Source: a virus (taxonomy: Duplodnaviria > Caudoviricetes). Taken from it: a stretch of 30,604 nt of DNA. Under the pieces are notes generated by a model that was not told the origin of the DNA, did no database searches, and worked only from the letters and a program-made list of their open reading frames with translations. Both the position numbers and the translations under genes were made by a program. This document shows, piece by piece, positions 24,481 through 30,604 of this stretch. The first letter of the stretch is position 1; every line of letters starts with the position of its first letter. The DNA is taken from positions 1 through 30,604 of the IMG/VR virus record IMGVR_UViG_3300035135_002382; one strand, given 5' to 3'.

Positions 24481-25754
24481 TATTTTTCTTTATTATTTGG
24501 ATTGTGCTGTCCGAAAGTATCTCTAACAAGTTTCATTGAGGTCCAAGTTCCCTCAGTGTCAAAATGATGACATAACTCTTTAATCATATATAGACCACTT
24601 TGCTCCTGATCAAACTCCTTTGCTTCTTCAGTAGTATTGATTGGAAAGAGACATTCTATCACATTACCAGCTTCTAGAAATGTATTACCTGGAACTGTTG
24701 CAGTGAGTGTTTGAGTAAACAAACTATTATATCTGAATAATGCTTGAGATTGATACAAAAATGGATCCGCATTTTTTGAAGTGGAAACACCAACCTCTTG
24801 AGTTCCTAAATCAATTATTCCAGTAATCAAGCGTGTCGGAGTATCCCCTAGGGTTAATTCAGACGTATCACTAATCTTGGGTAAAATTATTTTATCACCT
24901 AAATTTCTAGATTTATCTACGTAATCATCTTGTTTAAAAGTTCCTTTCTCTGGATGTGTAAATGTACCATTAAGAGGATTAAAGAAACTTCTCATACTAG
25001 CATAGACACCTAATCTCAAATTTTCAGATAAGTTTTGATTCCTATTAGTTACATGATTTACAATAGTATAATCTTGCTGCTCTTTATCTTCTACTACGGT
25101 TTCAGTTGATGTAAATGTGCTAACAGGTTCTGCTGATATTAGTTTATCAATTGATTTGAATTTAAATCCACTTTGAGTTTCATAAAATACATATCCTGCA
25201 GTGCCATCACCCTCCATTTCTGGAACTGCTTTTGATGCCAACCATGTTAATACAGTAAAAGGTTTTCTCATATTTCCAATAAACCCATACTTATTCATCG
25301 ATTGGTCAACTTCCACATTTTTAGATGTTTGTAAATAATCAACTATAATTTTTTCTGCAGATGTTGATATTGGTGAGGAAGTTGGAAATTTGATTGGAAC
25401 TCTTGCAGTTTCATTAGTTATTGCTTCTCTAGAACATAAATTTAAAACAAAAGTCTCTGTTTGATTGACACTAATAACATTTGATATGCTAGAAACATAA
25501 AACGACAAATCCAATCTATCTTTTATTTTAATCGTAACTCTTTCACCTCCCCTAAGAGGCAAACCCTGATATATTCCCTTACCATTTACTGTGTTACCAG
25601 TATTGGTAACGACCATTTTTACAGTGATTGTGGGTGAAAATATATCTTCATAATAATCAATTGATTGAACACCAAGTCTTAAATCAACAGTTGTTGACTG
25701 ATCATTTGACTCGATTAAAATTTCTTCGTAAAGTGAAGGATCTGACAATGACAT
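24480..25754 (-). CDS. baseplate hub protein (gp27/GpD-like)
   Basis: YYEDIFSPTIT...LPLRGGERV...YVFYET..GFKFKSID...VPGN..LEAG...SGLYMIKELCHHF pattern; immediately upstream of gp5. Confidence 0.7.
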   Translation of the reverse strand: MSLSDPSLYEEILIESNDQSTTVDLRLGVQSIDYYEDIFSPTITVKMVVTNTGNTVNGKGIYQGLPLRGGERVTIKIKDRLDLSFYVSSISNVISVNQTETFVLNLCSREAITNETARVPIKFPTSSPISTSAEKIIVDYLQTSKNVEVDQSMNKYGFIGNMRKPFTVLTWLASKAVPEMEGDGTAGYVFYETQSGFKFKSIDKLISAEPVSTFTSTETVVEDKEQQDYTIVNHVTNRNQNLSENLRLGVYASMRSFFNPLNGTFTHPEKGTFKQDDYVDKSRNLGDKIILPKISDTSELTLGDTPTRLITGIIDLGTQEVGVSTSKNADPFLYQSQALFRYNSLFTQTLTATVPGNTFLEAGNVIECLFPINTTEEAKEFDQEQSGLYMIKELCHHFDTEGTWTSMKLVRDTFGQHNPNNKEK

Positions 25755-27637
25755 TATACGTATTCTAACTCTTTAAGAAGTGTCTTTGTGATAAAACTAT
25801 TTAACGAAGTTTCTTTAGTAGAGCTCGTCATTTGACCACCAGAACTTGATTGCGGTGGTGGTGTTTGTGGGTTCGAACTCATGTTTATGGGAACGGTTAC
25901 AACAGAACCCTTTTTCTCTGGAGTCACACTTCCAGCAACTACTGTTCTTCTCGTACTACCTTCAATGTTTAATGATTGTCCACCGCTTCCATTGGACATT
26001 TCTGGTGTAGTGGATTTTTTACCTTCAATCTTTGCCTTTGTTAGACGTATCAGAGAAACATAAGGTGCTGGAACCATATTGCCACCATAATTTGTTGAAC
26101 CTCTTTCAGAAGATGCCTCCAAATGGATATGTGGTCCAGTAGAACGTCCCGTAGAACCAGTGATTGCAAATGAAGTTCCTGCTGGGATTTTACCTGATGA
26201 TATAAGTATTCTACTATTATGTGCGAATCTCAGTTGAACACCAAGGGATGGAACCCAAACATCTATAACATTACCATATCCCCTATCACTCTTAGTTCCA
26301 ACTGCTTCAGCATCAACGGTGAGTGAAATAAACAATCCAGCAGAACAAGCAATATCAATACCTCCATGTGGTTTTGTTCTAAAACTTTCCTGCATACCTT
26401 TTGTTGAGGTAATTATTGCTTGAGATTGACCACCAAGTAATTGAGTAACATCATCATTTACTTTGTATCTAGTGCTAGTATCAACACTTCTGGAAATGGT
26501 TGGTTGAGTGCTAGCACTTGCTGCTTTTTTGGCAGCAGGCAAAAAGTCTCGATACTTACCAGTGCGATAAACAGTCCAAGCATCAAATCCCTGGAGTTTA
26601 AATATTTCATAAGCAGCTTTGGCGTTTGTAACAGGATCAAATAATTCTTTCTTGTTATCTATACCAAATAATTTTAATCTTTCATCAGCATATCTAGGAT
26701 CCATGTTGATTTGCCATAATCCATAAGAATCCTCTCCAGTATTTCCTTCAGGATTATATCTTGCACCAATATCACCACCAGACTCTGCCAACGCAATTGA
26801 AACCATTGTTGGAATATGCTTTTCTGGAATACCTGCCGTTTTAGCAATTCTTGCGATTTGTTCAGGACTTGCTTTACCACCTGAAGGAATCGGATCTGAT
26901 CCTTCAGATGATGGTGTACCTCCAGGATCTGATTTATTAGAATTATTGTTATTGGTAGGGTCTTTTTCAGTTTTTATCCCTAAAACACCTTTGGCAAAGT
27001 CTCCAAGATAATCAATTAAATTAAAATTTCTTAATTGTTGCTCTAGACTTAAAAAATCTCTCTTAACTTCCGCAGCACCTTGTTGTGTTTTATCTGATGC
27101 AGTATCAACTTGTTTCTTTTGACCCGAAAAATCAAAACTTAATATCTTTGTAAGGGAATCTCCAAGTTTTGAGGTAAATCCAGTAAAAAAGTTTATAGTT
27201 CCTTCAAACCACCCTTTTAAGATGGCAGCAGCTTTTTGTATTCTACCAATAAGATCTTGAACTGTGTCAATTATAATTGGTAAATTGGTAACAATCCATC
27301 CAACTAAAATTGTTCCGAGGAAGTCCATAACTCTTCCAAGAAATCCTTTCGTACTACTACCAATAACTTTTGCAGTTCTTCTGAATATACCACCTACTCT
27401 TGATGCTTCAATTTGATCTTCTTTTTCTCTTCTTCTAACCGCTTCTCTTCTTTTTCCAAATAATTCTCTTCTTTTAATTATAGAATTTTTCTTCTGCCTG
27501 TTGCTCTCAGTGAATCCACGTATAATCAAAGATGAAGTACTATTTGCAGCACGTAAGCTGACACCAAAGGCATTGATTGAATTTTGTATTGCTTCAATAC
27601 TATTAGTATTCTTTAGTAGCGATGGTTTTATTGCCAT
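25754..27637 (-). CDS. virion-associated peptidoglycan hydrolase: helical N-terminus, lytic transglycosylase and M23 peptidase
   Basis: IALAESGG...SYGLWQIN...NAKAA...AWTVY (lysozyme-like/SLT); HGGID...GYGN...FAH...GSTGRSTGPHIHLE (M23 HxxxD and HxH). Confidence 0.85.
   Translation of the reverse strand: MAIKPSLLKNTNSIEAIQNSINAFGVSLRAANSTSSLIIRGFTESNRQKKNSIIKRRELFGKRREAVRRREKEDQIEASRVGGIFRRTAKVIGSSTKGFLGRVMDFLGTILVGWIVTNLPIIIDTVQDLIGRIQKAAAILKGWFEGTINFFTGFTSKLGDSLTKILSFDFSGQKKQVDTASDKTQQGAAEVKRDFLSLEQQLRNFNLIDYLGDFAKGVLGIKTEKDPTNNNNSNKSDPGGTPSSEGSDPIPSGGKASPEQIARIAKTAGIPEKHIPTMVSIALAESGGDIGARYNPEGNTGEDSYGLWQINMDPRYADERLKLFGIDNKKELFDPVTNAKAAYEIFKLQGFDAWTVYRTGKYRDFLPAAKKAASASTQPTISRSVDTSTRYKVNDDVTQLLGGQSQAIITSTKGMQESFRTKPHGGIDIACSAGLFISLTVDAEAVGTKSDRGYGNVIDVWVPSLGVQLRFAHNSRILISSGKIPAGTSFAITGSTGRSTGPHIHLEASSERGSTNYGGNMVPAPYVSLIRLTKAKIEGKKSTTPEMSNGSGGQSLNIEGSTRRTVVAGSVTPEKKGSVVTVPINMSSNPQTPPPQSSSGGQMTSSTKETSLNSFITKTLLKELEYV
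25798..25804 (-). promoter_or_regulatory. possible late promoter (TTAAATA)
   Basis: 43 nt upstream of the 25754 start, inside the upstream gene. Confidence 0.35.
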
Positions 27638-29145
27638 TATACACCTATCACATTAAAGTTGGACATAGCACCAAATGTATACATGTTATCTTCATTTCTT
27701 GTAGCATAATTTTCTACCTTACCAATTATTCCCCCAGATACAGGAGCTGGTTCTTGTGGTTTTGATGCACCAGAACTTACTGGTATTGGTAAAACATTTA
27801 CAGGAGGTTCTGCTGGTGGTTGTGAAACTCTTTGTGCAACTTGTTTATTTTTACCCATAGATTCCAACATCGATGGTGGAAGTTTTCCATATTTACCGAT
27901 ATATTTTTCTTGCTTAATATATTCTGTTGTTTCAGGATCAAGAACCTTCTTATCAATTTTTCCTTCAGAACCTACTGGTTTATTCAAATCAACTTCCCCA
28001 CTGCCAAAATCAGCGGTCATTTTTACTAAACCAGATTCAGCTTCTTTGGTTGGACCTGGTGGTTCTGGTCCTTCAGTTTTATCATCCTTTGGAACCAAAC
28101 TAGTCATAATATCAGTAGCGATATTAGCTGAAAGATTGGCAGAATTTTGAAGAGATTCTATTGATGATGAAGGTCCACCCTTTCCTTCTAAATTTTCTGA
28201 TAGATCTCCTTTTCCTGTATCAGTTTTTATATCTGGTGTTGATTGATTTGGTTTTTCTATTTCAGGTGCTGGTTGGTCTGGTGGAGTATTTTGTTCAATT
28301 TCTGGTGATGATTGATTGCCTTCAATATTAGTTTCATTACCCTCATCTGTTGGTGCTTTAATTGGTGTGTCGTCTGTTTCTGTGCCCTCATTCAACTTTC
28401 CTGCATTAGGAAATGGACTTTCTTGACCAAGGAAATTTGCAATAGCATTAGCAGCAATCTGTGCTGCATCTGCAACAAATTGAATTAATTGCCTACCTGG
28501 TTTTGTAAATAATCCTATCGCTGCTAATGCTAATAATTTAACACCAAGAACAGAGAATGTGCCTAGGATTGCAGCAATACCTAGTTTAATACCCACATAT
28601 ATTCCACCAATTATTGCTAAATTCTTTGTTACATTGAGAGCTATCTCATTTAATTTATCTCTATTACCTTCACTTAGGGCTTTCAGAGTTTGCACTCCTT
28701 GATTCAGTAACCAACCACCAAAAATAGATATAAAGAAATTTTGAAGTCTTCCTAAAGTAAATTGTGCTCTCGAAGCAAGTTTCTGTGCTGGTGCTAGTGC
28801 TGCTGCTTGTATCTTCTTTTCAATTACACTTTCTTTACCTTCTCTGAGTTTTTGTTGTGCTAATCTATTCTCTAACTCTAACTCTTGTTCATCTTTTTGT
28901 CTTTGAAGTGTTTGTGCAGCAGATAAGTTACTTGCGATAACACTCAATGATCCAGACAAAGACTGCATTTGTGCAGTCAATCCTTGAATCTGATTTGCTA
29001 CTACACCAAGTTGTAGTGAGTTTTTAGTTATTAACGTCCTCGTTTCGGCACCACCATCCACAGCCATAGGAGCAACTGCCCTGCCCGTGTAAGCTGAGGC
29101 AGAAATCCTAGGTCCTCTACCAAATATTGGAGAAATCTCAACCAT
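27637..29145 (-). CDS. putative baseplate hub/tail-length protein (gp29-like)
   Basis: Coiled-coil N-terminus, hydrophobic helices and a disordered acidic/Pro-rich C-terminal half; located after gp26-gp51. Confidence 0.5.
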   Translation of the reverse strand: MVEISPIFGRGPRISASAYTGRAVAPMAVDGGAETRTLITKNSLQLGVVANQIQGLTAQMQSLSGSLSVIASNLSAAQTLQRQKDEQELELENRLAQQKLREGKESVIEKKIQAAALAPAQKLASRAQFTLGRLQNFFISIFGGWLLNQGVQTLKALSEGNRDKLNEIALNVTKNLAIIGGIYVGIKLGIAAILGTFSVLGVKLLALAAIGLFTKPGRQLIQFVADAAQIAANAIANFLGQESPFPNAGKLNEGTETDDTPIKAPTDEGNETNIEGNQSSPEIEQNTPPDQPAPEIEKPNQSTPDIKTDTGKGDLSENLEGKGGPSSSIESLQNSANLSANIATDIMTSLVPKDDKTEGPEPPGPTKEAESGLVKMTADFGSGEVDLNKPVGSEGKIDKKVLDPETTEYIKQEKYIGKYGKLPPSMLESMGKNKQVAQRVSQPPAEPPVNVLPIPVSSGASKPQEPAPVSGGIIGKVENYATRNEDNMYTFGAMSNFNVIGV

Positions 29146-29314
29146 TCTGCTGTTGTGCCTTTAAGTTTTCTTCTTCAATATACTGTTGGAGGAAAGCAAG
29201 ATATACTTCTTTCTCCCAAGGTATCATATTCTCTAGTTCTGTCAAGCTATATTTATGGTGTTGCATCAAAGCAAAGTTGATTCTAAAGTATGACTCAAGA
29301 TCTGTATGAGCCAT
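29138..29314 (-). CDS. gp51: baseplate hub assembly catalyst gp51 (58 aa; below the ORF-track cutoff)
   Basis: MAHTDLESYFRINFALMQHHKYSLTELENMIPWEKEVYLAFLQQYIEEENLKAQQQNG; starts 2 nt after the gp26 stop. Confidence 0.9.
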   Translation of the reverse strand: MAHTDLESYFRINFALMQHHKYSLTELENMIPWEKEVYLAFLQQYIEEENLKAQQQNG

Positions 29315-29316
29315 AC

Positions 29317-30033
29317 TTACCCGAAAAAACTTGCTAATCCCTCCAAAACAATCTCATTATCGACACCAGTGTTTGGATTCTTAACTACAATCGTATGCGA
29401 AAGTTTTGGCATAGTAGAAAAGAATGTTTCAATTTCTTTAAACTGTTTTGAATTTAATTGCTCAATAAATTCTTTCAACTCTTTTTTAGAACAATCTGCT
29501 GCAGACCAAGATTCTTCTTCATTATAAATTTGCTCTATACATGACATAATAATACCAAAGGTATCTTCAAGATTTGCATCATTAACCACAAAGTTATTCT
29601 GAATGAATTCATTCATAGATGGATATCTCATTCTAAGAGTTAAACGATCATCAAGTTTTATATCTCTTGAATGTTTTTCATCATATTGAATTTGAATTGA
29701 ATCTAAGTCAATGAAAGTTGGAACTTTTGTGGTTCCGTCATCTGGGCATGTAACTAAAACTTCTACTTCTTCACCAACAGACTTTCCACGAATGTTGAGA
29801 AATAAGTATTCAATATCAAAAGTCGAGAGTTCCTCTACTTTAACTCCACGAGTGACGATACAATTTTTTATTACATCCTTGACTGCACTAGCAATTTGTT
29901 TTGTATCTTCGCTTTCCATAGCAACGATCAAAACTTTCTCTTCCTTTACCAAGAATGGTCTGTACTTAATTTTTTTCTTGGTAGATGGAATCACCAACTC
30001 GTAAGTTGGCGTAGCAATTTTTGGTAAAGGCAT
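29317..30033 (-). CDS. gp26: baseplate hub subunit gp26
   Basis: MPLPKI.TPTYEL.IPS....IKYRPFLVKEEKVL...FDIEYLFLNIRGKSVGE...LEGLASFF. Confidence 0.92.
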   Translation of the reverse strand: MPLPKIATPTYELVIPSTKKKIKYRPFLVKEEKVLIVAMESEDTKQIASAVKDVIKNCIVTRGVKVEELSTFDIEYLFLNIRGKSVGEEVEVLVTCPDDGTTKVPTFIDLDSIQIQYDEKHSRDIKLDDRLTLRMRYPSMNEFIQNNFVVNDANLEDTFGIIMSCIEQIYNEEESWSAADCSKKELKEFIEQLNSKQFKEIETFFSTMPKLSHTIVVKNPNTGVDNEIVLEGLASFFG

Positions 30034-30057
30034 AATATCCTAAACAATTCAGTAAAA

Positions 30058-30604
30058 TTATTTAGTGACGTTATTTGAACCTCCCCCTCCGTTTATAAAA
30101 TTAGCACTTCTCAATTGAGTATTAGATAATATTGTTGTTGCATCATCAAACAAATCATTATTGCTGGCATATCTTTGAGTATTAGAGAGAACGTTTCCAA
30201 AATTAAAATTCTCACCAAATACTGTGCCTGAATTAAATAATCTAGCGTAATCTACCTCATTACCAGTTCCAGTTCCACTAGGTGCAGGATCTTTATTTCC
30301 TTCAGTTTTGAATAATTCATTAATTGAACGTGATTGACCAGAATAATATCTATCATAATGAAATGATGCGGTTGCTTTTAATACAGTTGATCCTTCATAA
30401 GATACTGGGGTAGAATTCAATGATATTGGAAATAATCCAAAGAATCTATATTCAACATATCTCTTGTAATCTTTTTCAAACTTTATGACTCTAGTTTCAT
30501 CACACTTATATTCGAGTGGATATCTCATTCTATAAAAATATCCATTACGTAGTGGAGATATTGCTGAATTGACTGTTTCAGTTCCACTACTAATAAACTC
30601 CATC
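30058..30604 (-). CDS. 3' part of a gp54/gp19-like baseplate-tail tube protein (5' end outside the window)
   Basis: EYRFFGLFPISLNSTPVSY...LKATASFHYDRY tail-tube-fold motif; ORF reaches the window edge; upstream of gp26. Confidence 0.65.
   Translation of the reverse strand, partial: MEFISSGTETVNSAISPLRNGYFYRMRYPLEYKCDETRVIKFEKDYKRYVEYRFFGLFPISLNSTPVSYEGSTVLKATASFHYDRYYSGQSRSINELFKTEGNKDPAPSGTGTGNEVDYARLFNSGTVFGENFNFGNVLSNTQRYASNNDLFDDATTILSNTQLRSANFINGGGGSNNVTK
30059..30065 (-). promoter_or_regulatory. late promoter (CTAAATA)
   Basis: 25 nt upstream of the gp26 ATG. Confidence 0.6.

Overview
A 30.6-kb, AT-rich segment of a T4-like myovirus genome, most likely a marine cyanophage (Synechococcus/Prochlorococcus type). 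All supportable genes are on the minus strand. In transcription order (right to left) it holds: (1) a baseplate/hub block with a partial gp54-like gene, gp26, gp51, a gp29-like gene, a transglycosylase+M23 virion hydrolase, a gp27-like hub, a split gp5 and two fibre-like genes; (2) a sigma70-promoter island with a small ORF, a solo Phd/YefM-like protein, tRNA-Ile(UAU), a CAU tRNA, a ~145-nt structured RNA candidate and tRNA-Leu(UAA); (3) a giant tail fibre with an S74 chaperone, a repeat-rich fibre protein and a glycine-rich gp38-like adhesin; (4) three 2OG-Fe(II) oxygenases; (5) a DNA-modification-like module; (6) a run of small hypothetical genes. The module (3274-6894) is the best candidate for an undescribed system. 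It comprises a GIY-YIG-like/NPPY methyltransferase fusion, a separate small SAM-binding subunit, a stand-alone DpnI-C-like winged-helix protein and an SF2 helicase, and each of its three transcription units is preceded by a similar 21-nt motif 27-29 nt upstream of a TATAAT box. Five likely genes missing from the ORF track were added and several starts were corrected. Family assignments come from motif recognition only; no database searches were run.
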